A stretch of DNA of 59,496 bases, counting the filler, from Dimargaris cristalligena (lineage: Eukaryota): the NCBI GenBank assembly GCA_003614675.1. It is 2 parts of 2 records of this genome, joined end to end, with 100 filler letters (N's around TTAATTAATTAA, not from the genome) between each part and the next. Parts side by side here need not be neighbours in the genome. Positions count along the whole stretch, not along the records: positions 1 to 29,711 come from ML002476.1; positions 29,812 to 59,496 come from ML002477.1. The stretch is one strand, 5' to 3'. Positions within the stretch are counted from its first letter, which is position 1. Every line of letters starts with the position of its first letter. Below the pieces are notes generated by a model, which did not search any database, was not told where the DNA came from, and saw nothing but the letters and a program-made list of their open reading frames with translations. A program made the translations under genes and the position numbers. This document shows positions 24,816-37,600 of the stretch, piece by piece.

Positions 24816-26727
24816 ACTGCTCCTATAGACCCGTTTTTTAGTTCCGTCTGAGTGACAATACTCTCAAATATTTCTCTCGTTTACACGCCAAACGTGTCCA
24901 ACCCCTTTCGCCTATCCGCCTCTTTTCCTTTATTTTATTTTTTGTCACTCAAACACCACTTTGTTCAAATACTAAGTTGTCATCATTGGGAGGGCAAGTA
25001 CTAATCTCCCCCACTTTAGTTGTATGTGGTTTTCTATTCTCATTTGCCATTCCAATGTGCTTTTTATTATATTTCATGACCCCCCCATTATCATATAATT
25101 CACATTGAAGTAATAAACTAGGGCTATCCGCCAATCTGTATCTCAATCTTCCATTTAGGTGCAGATGACCTGCCGATCAGTAAATCCATGGACCAAGGAA
25201 TACTGCAGCCCTCAAGCTCACAGGGCAATCCATCCTAAAGTCATTAATTGTGAATGGCTGATTCATCATTATAGAGTGGATAGTGTTATGGTCAGCATGG
25301 TACGGCATTTAGCTGGTTTTCAGGTCAAAATAAAGTTTATCGCCAATGTAGACCAAAGGGTATTGCATAACAACCAACATCTTTTTCTATTATTATTTGT
25401 TAAAAAATTGATCATAAAAGTCGACCGACCTCTTCGGATACCAGTATAAATTCAAGTAACAAAAACGATGAAGAACGCCGCCGACTGCACTGCTAATCTC
25501 CAGGACTGTTTATCAATGGATACAGGGTCGATAGGTGACCTAAAGACAATGTGGCTTTAAACAATATCTTTGTCGAAGATGGGATGTAGTAGCCTAAAGG
25601 AAGGGGGAGGCTGAGTGATAAAGAGTGGTTGGCAATTCGCTCTCACTAAAACAAGTTTAGGTAGGGTGGATATGGCGGACTAAATCATATCAATGGGCTT
25701 ATAATTCTCATAAAGACCAAAACATAGATATGGGAATACTTGTCTATGTTGGGTAGGCGAGTTTCCTTATACTGTATATCCACTACGTATTCGCACATCC
25801 CTACTTAGGTATGTCCCCAAATAGGTTAAGTGGGAATCACAGTGAATGATCATAGCCATTTCCGTTGAACCAGCTGCTAAACTCGGCCAGGATTAGCAGT
25901 TTGTCAATCAGTCGACCACTCATCTGGACCCCATTGGGGTATAGACTGAGGTTTGCCCTTTAGGTTCTCCCCACAATTATGTTACATAGCGACTTCAACT
26001 CTCCCACAATCACTTTAAACCTCCCACCTTTGACTAATCCATATCCTAAATTTTGGTTTAATCACATGCCATCATTTGAAACTATTAGCTTACCTCCAAA
26101 GTGATGTGGGCATTGATTAGGATGGGGTAGGGAATGGACACACGGCCTAGACCGAGGACTAGCTCCAAATATCAGACCCTTTAGCACAGTGAATGTTTAG
26201 ACAGAACTTGAATCGATTCTGAAATCAATGACAATGCAGATCAGGCAGCTGGGCCAACTTAAGTCAAAAACATTATCTTCCAATCCATATAAATCCACGG
26301 GCCACCAGCCTGTAGTCAGGCAGCCGATTTTGTAATATTAATCGAATTGGTTAGATAAAGATCTTGGCCTACTATTTCTTTGTGAACATGTCATTCAAGC
26401 CGCTATTCAACTGGTAAGGACACCTTTCCTACGGATTCCATCAAGTCAATAACGTATTAACATCACAAAACCTCATTTGAACCCATGCCCATATTCAATA
26501 CATCTTATTAGAAAGAATCCGATGTTTATGTAAAAGTACTCGATCATGCGTGAATATCCAATGTGGCCTTGAGTGATTTTTACGACAATACTGAGAAATG
26601 GGGGATATAATACATGGTAAAAAATGGAAAATAAGGCAGCTAGCTGAGGATTTAGCGGAAAGGAAGTCAGGCAAAAGCAAATAGTGGAGAGGCCAGGTTG
26701 TCGGTTTGGACTATTTGGTCAAACAAC

Positions 26728-28056
26728 TCACTCGTCCTCGTCCATCTTCGAATTCTTGTAGAGTTCCGGGAAGTCGATGTACTGTTCTTGGACTCGGCTA
26801 ACGTCCTGGTTAAAGTCGGTTTTGACTGAAATTTCCATAATCTTGTTATTACCCGCCTCAAGTCCTCCAAAGACACAGCCGTTAGCCTTATCGATAGCCG
26901 AGAGGACTGCCATCACCGAGTTCTTGTCCTAGTGATTTCGAAATTATGGATATGCAGGGATATCATAAACATATATTATATAGTTGTTTAGAAACGGATA
27001 ATGGGAACCTGGGAGAGTAGGGCGATTGTCGAGCTAGTGATTGGACTAATGAGCCTCTCTAGGCATAACCACTGTCAATAAAACGGTACTTGGGAGAGAG
27101 TATAGGACCGTAAATTACCTCGATGCATAGTGTCTGAAAACCCACTAGATTATAGTCCTCAATGAGCTCACAGAGTGCCTCGTTTAACTTGTGGTATCTT
27201 TTAGTGAAAGCACCGGCATTCAGGCGATCCAGAAGATAGGAGAGGTCATGCACCTCAGTATAGTATTCTAGGTTGAAGTCTTAGGAAATGGATATGGGCC
27301 GTATTGTACATAAAATATTGGGGTATAAATTGATCCCAGTCAGTGGTATTCAAAAAATAATAGTCAATAATTAACACCGGTTAAAGAGGCATGGGTTCGT
27401 CTAATCAACCGAAATTTTACGGCAATCAAATAGCCCGACTGGATATTGCTAATTCCAAATCATACTCATAATAATCCAACTCTTGACATAGAAGGCTTAC
27501 CTAAGTTTCCGTAGGATTGAATAAGATCGATTTTGGACAGGACATTGACATGGGGTAGCTCCAGCCAGACCATAGTTTTCAACGACAAAAGAAGCACCGA
27601 AATGAATTTAGCCGCATCGGTGCAGTGGTGGGCATCGACCAGATTGACCGCTGCGAATCGAAAGTCGCGTTGTTTGATCAACTGCCCAATGACCTGGTCC
27701 CGAAACTGCGGGTGGTGCGTGTACAGTTCCACCTGACCCGGACAGTCAAAAATATAGTACGCCTGCGGGGAATACTCGGCCAGGCGGCCCAGCAGCCAGT
27801 CCATATGGTCGGCCAGGTACTCCATGCAGTAGATGAGGCCCCCGTTGGGTCCGAGCCCCAGCTCATCCATGGTGTCCTCTAGCGTAATAAGTTCCGTAAG
27901 GTCAATGGCGCAGTCGTAGGGCAGGTGATCGTTGGCGGGGTCGAGATTAACTAGAATGACTTCGCGACCCAGGGCGGTCAAGAATTGCTGCATGCCGTGG
28001 CAGTAGGTCGTTTTGCCCGCCCCAGGCGGTCCAATGACGAGCTGAGCAAAGGGCAT
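26728..28056 (-). CDS. GPN2: GPN-loop GTPase 2 (~305 aa); exons 28056-27501, 27279-27119, 26928-26728
   Basis: [73 protein letters not shown]. The intron-1 acceptor is AAG rather than YAG. Confidence 0.93.
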
Positions 28057-29002
28057 TACGAAGCAGCTAAACGATGGAGTATAATAACAGAAAAAAGGGG
28101 GGGTAAGAGTATATTGCGTGGAGACTTGAGGTATACTATGTAGCGGTCACAACGAGGAATTCGGAATTGGATTTGAAAGGTGTGTTTTTGTGATTATATT
28201 ATCAGGAATAAGAAAAAGAATTGGTAATGGGCGGTACCAATGAGGAGGTTCCTTTTCGAATACAGGGTAAGTAATGAACATATGGACACCTCCCGTTTAG
28301 AAGTACCAAAAGTCAGTGACAAAGGGTTATACCAAACTCAGTAGGGTTATTCTTCACATTTAGCGGTAAAGAAGTATTTAGCCCGTATTGAACAACCAGT
28401 GTCACTCAAAACCGTTCGTATACGTATACCCCACTTACGAAAATGTCAGTATTGATAATAAAAAGACAATGGCTATGGTATATACGTCTAGGTACATCAA
28501 TTTTAGTAGTATTTCCACTACTAATGTGGAATATAGGCCTGGGGAGCAGGTGTAATTGATCTGAAGTATTATGATTATATACTATAGGCAAGACGCCTCT
28601 ACCCAACCTACAGGTAATGGGTACAGGCCAAGTTAAGCAATGTTCAGAATATTTAACCAGTGTAGATTCAGACTGTATTCCTCTAGGCAAAGTATGGTAT
28701 TCATAATGGTAGGCCAGGGAAGAGGAATCCAATTGACAATATTTGCAATATGCTGATATACATTTGTACCTTTACGGGCTTATACAACTATAGGTGTATT
28801 TTATTGGAATCTCGAAAAAATATGTTTGAAGTACAGAGTAGCTGCTGAAGTAAGATAATGTAATTTACAAAAAAAAAAAAACCCTGGAATGAAGGCAATG
28901 TAAACATCTAGGGATAAATGAAATGTGCAATATTTGGCTGTTAATGAACCACCACATTTGGGATATAACAGCAACACTAAATGGAGCTGTTGGGTGATAA
29001 TA

Positions 29003-29140
29003 TGGGTGAAGTTCAGCTTGGCTGTATAAGAGTTTAACTGATATGTGTATGGGAAAATCAGTGGGATGTTGATTTTCAACCAGTGGTACTTGCCTCATTA
29101 AATGGATTGTTTGTTATACAGCCTTGTTGAGCTACTCCCA
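29003..29140. mobile_element. 138-bp MITE, copy 3, with an empty site in paralogous copy A
   Basis: GGGTGATAA TA|TGGGTGAAGTTCAG...GAGCTACTCCCA|TA TTATCAAATAGGCCGA. Copy A (reverse complement, ~14720-14748) reads GGGCGATAA TA TCGTCGGATAGGCCGA with a single TA. Confidence 0.92.
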
Positions 29141-29323
29141 TATTATCAAATAGGCCGACATGAACCAGGAGTGCTGCCCAAGAATGGGACTCTGGGGAGG
29201 GGGGCAAGTAGCCTCCTGTAGATAAGCAATACCAAATTCACGAAGGTTGATGAGTAAACAATGGACTGGGCAATGGCAGTTTCTATACATTGGTTGACTG
29301 CCTCCCAGATTTGTTTTTGGTCA

Positions 29324-29620
29324 TTATTTCTTCATAAGCTTATGAGGTAACACTTATACTGACTAAAGCCTGCTCCATTAATCAATCACTTTGTGATAGT
29401 ATTCATTCATATGCCTTGGGCAACATGGTGCCAATGGTTTGTCTACTGCTGACTTTGGAGTTCTTACTAGGATACCAAAGCCAAGTTGGTTTGAACAGGG
29501 CTGCTTCTGCTGGATGGCCCAGTGTAGTCAGCCTGGCATGTCCAGTTAATGGCAGGGCTAGGAAAATAGAAGTTGCAACTAAGGCAAGGAGCACAGTAGC
29601 AATTGTAAAGAACTGAACAC
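29324..29620 (-). pseudogene. Decayed small secreted-protein gene (copy B)
   Basis: Signal-like VQFFTIATVLLALVATSIFLA-LP with no clear ATG, a premature stop at 29403 and a terminal AAGAAATAA matching copy A. Confidence 0.5.
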
Positions 29621-29711
29621 AAATCCTTGAAAACTGAACTTTATTCAAAAAGATAGGTGATAAAAAGGGAAAGGTGATGATAGACTTGCTGTTCCAAGAG
29701 GTGGCAGTAAG

Positions 29712-29811
29712 NNNNNNNNNNNNNNNNNNNNNNNNNNNNNNNNNNNNNNNNNNNNTTAATTAATTAANNNNNNNNNNNNNNNNNNNNNNNNNNNNNNNNN
29801 NNNNNNNNNNN
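29712..29811. other. Assembly gap or contig-joining linker
   Basis: 44 N + TTAATTAATTAA (stops in all six frames) + 44 N, exactly 100 bp. Confidence 0.97.
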
Positions 29812-32554
29812 CATGAGTTAGACTCACCAGAAATTTTGGATGACCATAACTTCATCAAAAATAGTCATAGAAAGATAGAATAATATAATGGAACAGGAAA
29901 CCAGAAGAAAAGAAAAATCAGCTCATATAGAGAAGGTAATAAAATCTCTTACTCCAGAATGACCTCAATAGCAGCTGATGACCATGACCTTGTCTATATG
30001 ACAACTGGGCCTTGGTGGCTGACCAGTGCCAGTGCATATGCAGCCCAGTTCACACTGTCCATGGTAGTACATATATATTATCTATTAAAATATATAAAAC
30101 AACTTACCCCTAACATTGACCACTGTTGGACCAAATTACCCATTGATTATCTACCCCATACTCAATATGCTACCCATTTATAAGACCTCCTATAGATTCA
30201 GTCCAACTACTATTTAGACAAGTCTCTGATAATAGCTCAGAGTAGTAACAGTTGTGGTGTACAGCCATCAGCATGGTTAATGGTCATACTACCTCACCAT
30301 AATGGCACTGTATTAATTACATTGTAGTCCAATGGCCAAAGTCTGTATGTCAGTGATGTGGTTAAATTCTTATGATAGAAAGGTTGGAGTGGCAAATATG
30401 TTGAATTTATTCTCCAAACTAGCATGACAATGCCAGCTAAAGGAATTGGGTAGTAACAGGTGGGACTGTGTAAGAAAGATGTTGGTAGATCTACTATTAG
30501 TAGTATGGTGCCCTTGTTTTGCTATTAATATGGACTGTCTAATGATTTTGTTAGCTAGACAACTCCTTTTTTAACTCCTATTTTCTAATAGTATGTAATA
30601 ATTTATATCTCAGCAGGACACACCAGGTTCCCCCAGTATGGTTGAATGACTCAAGTCTACTCTGAATGCCCGAAATGAGGGTCAGTCACCCTTCTCAATT
30701 GATCCACATTCCTAATTTTATTGCCCCCCCCCCATTCCAACAACATGAATAAGAGCAATTGGGAATGCTGCCCAATTTTTCTAACCTGGAGAGGTGAAAT
30801 GTAATTGATGAGTACTTAGTGTTCCATATTTGCTTTCCAATACAAAAAGAGATTATAGATGGAAACACCAACCTTGAATAATAAATTATTTGCTGTATGC
30901 CTGCTAACCATTCAAGAACATTGGTAGGTTTAAATAGGAAACTAAAATTGAGTGGACTCCCATTTTTAGCCAGGTTCACAATGCAGCCTGTTTCTATGCA
31001 CATTGCACACACCCACTCTCATACAAATATTAGTGTACCTGCACCCCTCCTGAAGTAAATCCATGATCTATACATTGTCTATTCCTTTGGAAAACACATG
31101 TCACCACTACCTTTAATCCTATTACCAAGTCCTATGATGCCCCAGTTCTATAGAACAAGATGTCCTTCCCCTGTCAGGATGCCTGACTTCATCTGGTCAA
31201 CAAGGATATCAATATTCCAATGGCCTGATCAGGAACTACAATTAGCAACTTGGGTGCAGCACTCTCAAGTTTAACTACATCACCTATAACCAATCAAGCC
31301 AACTATTGGAAGATTAGCTATCTACTGTCTTTTTACACCTCCACGGATACATAATTGATAAGGTTAATTTTAGTTACTTGAAATACCAAGCCCAACTAAA
31401 TCTAACTACTATCCACCAAGGGCTTCACAGTATGAGTATATTAGTGTACTGCCATGGGCAGGTACAGTCTTCTCCTTCCATGGGAATAACCAATTATTTC
31501 CTTTCACCACACAACACCAACACACACCGAATAAGCAGTGACTACTTCAAAAACTTATTTGGAAACCACCTATCCAGTTGATCCTATTTTCAACCCTGCC
31601 TATTTCTGGTCCTGCTGACTGAATGGTTACTTCCACATCATCAGTGTTTGTGATTCCAGACAAGTTAGAAGGAACATCCTCTCATGTGGAAGTGAAGTAG
31701 GTAGTGTTGAAGCTTATCCTTATCCTTATCCAGTTACCATGAATGCCTTGGTGAATCTGAGGTATTTCCACTTTCCATTTTATTTAGCTATTTTCAGTAC
31801 AAAGTTCAAACTTGAAGACCCAGCCAGTTTTTCCCATTGTGGTTTTATGGTTAGTCATCCGTCCAAGGACAACATCTGAGAGGCATAGCTTAAGTTTAGT
31901 TTATAATCCTATTTTATATATATAGTCCCCCAGTTGGCCCTTAAAATGGCAAGTTACTTTCAAGATAAGTTTTTATTATTCAGAATAAATATCTGCCTTT
32001 AACTTAACCTATAATTTTACCCAGTATTGGTTGAAGATTTCAACTGGAAGTCAATTTATTGTTTTATTTTTTTCTATTTTTCTATTTTTATTTATCATGT
32101 TACATGACCAGTTCATTAGCACATAGCCACCATGGCTCCTCCAGTTCCTAACTCTGATGATGGGACTTTTGGATCAATCTGCTTAGAACATTTCCCACCA
32201 TACCCCAGTTCGTGCTCAGACAGCTGTTCCAACCCAATCTGACTAGCTGAGGGACCATTTCCCAGATTCTCAATGTTCCATCTAGGCACCAGTCCCTTGA
32301 ACCTGATGTCCAGTGAGCCTACCAGCCCAGCGGAAGGCAGGGGACCCAACCCCAGCCCCAGTCCCAGAAGGGAGGAACCTTAAACCACTGGCACAATATC
32401 AGTATATCATATAATATTGGCTTTGGGCCATGCCCAGAAGTCATACAGTGCTCACTCCTCTAGTTTGCCCCACATCAACACCAGAACTCATATTATATTA
32501 AGGAAGGTGACTATTATGGTGTGTCATTCACCTAATAAGTAGTCTTTAAAGTAC

Positions 32555-32871
32555 TGTTACGCCTACAGTGAGAGCAGGGTCCGACCCTGGCCACCATATT
32601 AACCCAACCTCCCTGGATCCCACCAATATTCCCAAGACCATAACCTTGGAAGCACTAACAGCAGAGCAGGGTGGGTTATAGCCATCCATTAGCTTCACCA
32701 ACCATATATGTGGCCTCCTAATTGCTCTTATCTGAGGGAATTAATGGGGTATATAAAAGTGTACCAGCTGTACTCCTTAATTCCTTTAGTTTACTAGCAA
32801 TTGTGTTTCTATTGGTTCTATAATACATGTCCCCTCTTAATAAACACACTTATCCTACCCACTATTTAACA
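32555..32871 (+). mobile_element. Possible solo LTR of a second family
   Basis: TGTTAC...TTTAACA termini, TATATAAAA at ~32750 and AATAAA at ~32839, inside the CpG-depleted block. There is no matching target duplication and no visible similarity to the 13851 LTR. Confidence 0.45.
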
Positions 32872-33622
32872 AGAGGACAATTGGTACATTAGGACATAGT
32901 TTTTAGCTCCAACCTAGTGGGCAAATATCACAGTAGTTTGTACCAATTACACTGATCATCTATACCTACTATACTTAGTTTTTTTTTGTAGATAGCAAAA
33001 GGATATGATGTTGCCAAATTTTAGGTGGCATTTGATAGTAAAATATATAGCATTGAGACCCAATGGACCAGTAAAGTCAAGAACTACACTGTCCAATTCT
33101 AAAGCCTTAAATCTTAATGGGGCTTTTAGTTATGTTGCTAGATCAACAAGACCTTGGGGCTGAATTAGGTTTTTGTTAACAGAATGAAATAGAGACACTA
33201 AAGGGGTTTGATTTATTAATTGAAACACCATATAGCAAGCTAAGAAAAGTAATTAATACTAATAGTGAATACTTTGTGAATAACTGATACTCCCCAAATA
33301 AATATTAAATTAATCTCAAAGGTACTAAATACCAGGTTGATGATATTGGGAATCACTTGCCTTTTATCTTTTTCTAAGAACCTTTTATTCCCAGGTCTGC
33401 TTAGATTATGGGGATCATCTACACCAAGGGGAAAGGGTAATTTGTGCATATTTAGAACTTATCATCACTGGTGTTGCCCGGGTTAACCACTCTTAGTTCA
33501 TCAAGAGCCCCAGGGATAGGCGAATTTTATTAAGGAATTAATATAAGTGGTATGAACTTACTGAAGCGATGTGGACACTAGTAAACTGGAGAATCAGAGT
33601 GTGCAACTAATACTTATTTATA

Positions 33623-33760
33623 TGGGTGAAATTCAGCCCAGCTATATAAGGGTTAGCATTATATGTGTATGGGAGAATACATGGGAAAATAATTTTTAAC
33701 CAGTAATAATGGCTTTATCAAATGGATTTTTCGTTATACAGCTTGGATGAACTTCTCCCA
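33623..33760. mobile_element. 138-bp MITE, copy 4
   Basis: TA|TGGGTGAAATTCAGCCCAGCTATATAA...TTATACAGCTTGGATGAACTTCTCCCA|TA; same orientation as copy 3. Confidence 0.92.
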
Positions 33761-34636
33761 TATGGACTATACTAGGCGTCGGATAGGTCTAAAGAGAGTC
33801 AATAACATATCCACCGAACTCTCTGGAATAGTGCCCTAGATAGCAGGACTGGTGACGCCCGCGATGAGGTGTTGGTTAACCAGGAGTCCCCGGTCGAGAC
33901 GTAGGTAGTTGGGATATACTCTCGATAGCAGATGCCGCGGCCGGAACTACGGATCCGGTTATATCAACGGGCTCCAAGGGAACCAGATTGCCTCGGTGAC
34001 CGGGGTCGGGCCTTGTGGTGACTGCAGATGTAGCACTGGCAACTGTAGGTGAAGTCCGAGTAACTGCTGATATCTGCAAAGCCAATGGCTTATTATCATA
34101 AAGTTCACTAGTCTTGTACAGGTGCTTTGGCTATGTAATGGATAGCCATTTGTAGTTTTGATTGAGCATACTCTGTTGGTTTTTCACCATTATCTGACCC
34201 GTCTGTCAAAATGTTGTTGACCTAGCGATGGGAGCGAGCCCTACGTCGAGGGGTCCGAATCTCACCTGTCATGACGTAATCCCCGATCTTACCGGTACAC
34301 CAAGTCCTGACGCTACAATAACGGGGCTATCCTATAGCAATATGTATGATAACTGGCAAGGAAATTATAGAGTTACCCCCAACTGGGGATAGCATTTCCC
34401 GGAATACCGACAGTATCAATAACTTATTGAGCAATAAACTGTACGGCAGTTAGACATACAGAGTATATACATCATAGTACAAAGTGTTTATAGAGTGAAT
34501 AAACAAGGTAGGTAAAAAAATAGTACTCGAGGCAGTCAGGAACAGCATAAAAAGAAATTTGGAAAGTTTCCAAGTTCATAAGAGTCAATAAAAAAATATT
34601 ATTAAGTGCTAGTTCTGGAGTGACCTCCATACGGAC

Positions 34637-37600
34637 TTAAGGTAGAATTTCGTAGCAGGATATGCAATTGTACAGCCATACTACTGACCGTGTCTGTGCT
34701 TGGACAGTAAGAGTTAGGCTGGGGTCACTTCCATCCAGCCTGGTATCGAGGGGGTGATCCTTGCTTAGGGGCGTTTTCAAAGACGATCGCCGGGTAGACT
34801 TTGAGGGAGTCGAGGAGTTGGCAGTAATGGCAGTAGCCTTGGGATTTAATTTCAGGGATGCCGAATGGTTGACTAGATCAATGATAATGGGAAGCGCGGG
34901 GTCTAATGGTTTAGGTTGCAACGATGTTGATGAACGCCTGCGCGATTTCTTTGCCGCAAGGGGCTTATCGGCCGTTTGAAACCGAGCCAGGTCGGGAAAC
35001 CCATCGACTGCTTTACCGCCACCGAACTGTACGAGATTCTTAACAACGGCTGGGTCAACTGCGGTGCCACTTTGGGGCTGACCGGGAATACCACGGTCTA
35101 TATAGAAAGTAAGTCCGTGGAACAATAGCTGGGGCGGAGATGTCGTTTCATCGGAGGAGGACAGCAAAGCCTGAATGGCAGCGATAGACCCAAGGGGTGG
35201 AGACCGAGCGGGGGCTAATTGATCCTTTACCAATTTCAAGTAAGTAGAATCCGCCACGGCCTCATAGTCCGTTTCGGGGATGTACTTATGTGCAGCCACG
35301 CAATCGATGACCCCTAATGTGAAAAGTGATAGAAATTAATAGACAGTTAGCATATAAAAAAACGGGTCAGGAAAATCCTACCAAAACGTGCTACTGATCG
35401 GCCCACTGAACAGATCTATATTAAACAGGGTGGGTGATCCACTAAGATTTACCTGTACAATAGACGATAAAAGATTCACGGAGGCGAGATCAATTCGAAG
35501 CGCCTATAATACTTACATTTATAATCAACCACTTTACAGGCGGACAATACTCCATACATGTACTTGAGGGTCCGGGGACAATGCCGATGCTTATCCAGTA
35601 CGGTGACCACATGAGTGACCCCCGTTTGAATCGTCTTTCCCTTAGTCGGCCGCGCCAGAGGATTACGGGTCGGAAAATCGTTCACCAAGGCCACTTTGAA
35701 AAACCCAGGCGAGAGCACTGACTTTTGGACGTTAACGTCCAGTTGAGTCAACTTAGCCCCAGTCACTGAAGTGATAACAATCCGGGCTTCGAACAATTCC
35801 CGCTGGGATGCACTGGGGAGTAGAACTTCCTGTGATTCAGAGATTCGACTGTTGTCGTTCGAGGTTGAGGCGGGAGGGAGTGACTTGCGCCTACTGGATC
35901 GTGAACCTTGAGCTGCGACGAGGGTTGAGGTTGCTTTTGTTGGATTAGTCGGCTCAATTACAACCATTGGTTGGAGGGTGGGCGAGGGAATCGGGGAAGC
36001 CCAGGGCTCGTCGTCATCGGACTCGAGCAGGATTTTGGCCCTTTTGCGGGGACTAAAGGTACGGCGCCCTGTGCGGGTGTAGGTCCGGGAGTTCTTGGTT
36101 GACTTTTGTTTCCAGTCCACACTGTCTAGGTCATGGTCTGGTTCGCTCGCATGGCTGCGGGCAAGGTCAATACTAGTAGTCGATTGAGCATCTAGGCCAG
36201 CGGGAATAGTACAGGGGTAAGATGCGGTTGAATAGGGTGAGGTCGTCATTAATACAATGTATACCAAAAAGGCGGATGGGATGGAGGGTTAAATTTAGTG
36301 AATCCAGTTGGCTAGACCATTGAATTAACACTCGATTTAATCGGGGATAGTATAAATCAACGATATTGGAGCCCACTTTCGGCCTGCAAGAGAATGGGTC
36401 AGCGAAAAAGCAGCCCAGCTAGTGGGGGTGGTTTCGACATTGTAACGAAGGTTCCTTTCTGCGTTTTAACTCGGTATTTCTCCGCACAGGGCCAGACTAT
36501 ATCACCAGATAATTACTTACCATCGGGAGCTTCGTCCAAGACAAGCGGTGGCGGGTTCGAAGGCTGCGTGTTTTTCCCCAACAGCAATTCAACCTCGGGT
36601 AAAGAGACAATGGAGCTCGTATCGTCCAGAGCGTCGAGCCAGGGCTCGGAAGAGGTGGGATGGTTCATAAGGGAACTCCACATGGGGTTAGGGCGGGAAG
36701 GGGAAATGCTGAACTCAAAAGTGTCGGAGGGGAATGAACTCGAGGAATGGGACGGGACAGTGGGAATCGCGAAATGGGTTGCGGGAGTGGATTTCGAGAA
36801 AGGGCAGCGGGTTTCAGGGGAGGCCGTCGGAATAGTAGTTGAAGGAAGAGTGGTAGGACTGGGAACAGGAATTGGTGCACTTGTAGTCGAGGCAGAGGTT
36901 GGAGGGGCTAAAATAGGAGGGGTAGAGGTACTAGAAGGTTTAGTAGCAAAACCCTGACTGCGGCGGCGTCGCATACGAGAAGGGGAGGTAGTAGTTAAGA
37001 AGGCTGCCGCAGCTGAGAGCTGGTCTAATAAAGTTCTATTTGACTGGGCACTGTGGCTACTCGCAGTGGATTGGGAGCTGGGGTTAGACGAGGAAGCCGC
37101 CATACTGGGAGCGGTCGTGGACAACGGTGGAGGAGGGGGGGCTGCCTTCTTGCGGGGGGTCACGAAAGGCGACGGCTGGTCATGGTATTGGGTCTGCACT
37201 GCCTCGGACTGGATCAGGTGATCTAGCGCCGTAAGGTCCCGCTGGGACAGCTGGGTGGGTCGGTCTGACCCCACCAACTGGTAAATGGCCTTGAGGCATT
37301 CTACCAACGTGTCGTAGGTAGGGCAGTGGCGCAGGTTTCCTGCCCGCACCGGCAACTGACACTGCGGGCAGACCGACTCGGTGCCTAAATAATCGTCGAT
37401 GCATTTTCTAAGGAAGGGGAGGGGACGAGCGGATGTAGACAGCAGCATGCCGGGTTTCAGCTGAGTTATCACGATGGAGTTTGGTGCCGCCAGGGGAGGG
37501 AGAGATAACAACAAATACTACTTGGACGGGACTATTACAATATTCCCTAATAATCCCGGGATATGGTAATTAAAGTCCGGAAGAGATCGTCGTAATAAGA

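Larger units (their letters stand above)
28262..29700 (-). repeat. Inverted paralog of 13730-15485 (copy B), CpG-decayed, running to the contig end
   Basis: The reverse complement aligns with copy A; many CG sites of A are CA/TG here. It contains the MITE at 29003-29140. Confidence 0.85.

Noticed and set aside
24949..25560. Long minus-strand frame with few stops, possibly a pseudogene
   Set aside because: No recognisable protein and no paralog in the window; cannot be told from chance.
29756..29767. Perfect palindrome TTAATTAATTAA
   Set aside because: It is centred in symmetrical N runs, so it is an artificial six-frame-stop linker.
33876..34085. 69-aa Ala/Thr/Pro-rich ORF downstream of the BRCT gene
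   Set aside because: No ATG, no recognisable domain and no convincing splice connection.
34225..34275. GGTCCGAATCTCACC resembling a tRNA T-arm
   Set aside because: I could not build an acceptor stem, D-arm or anticodon arm.
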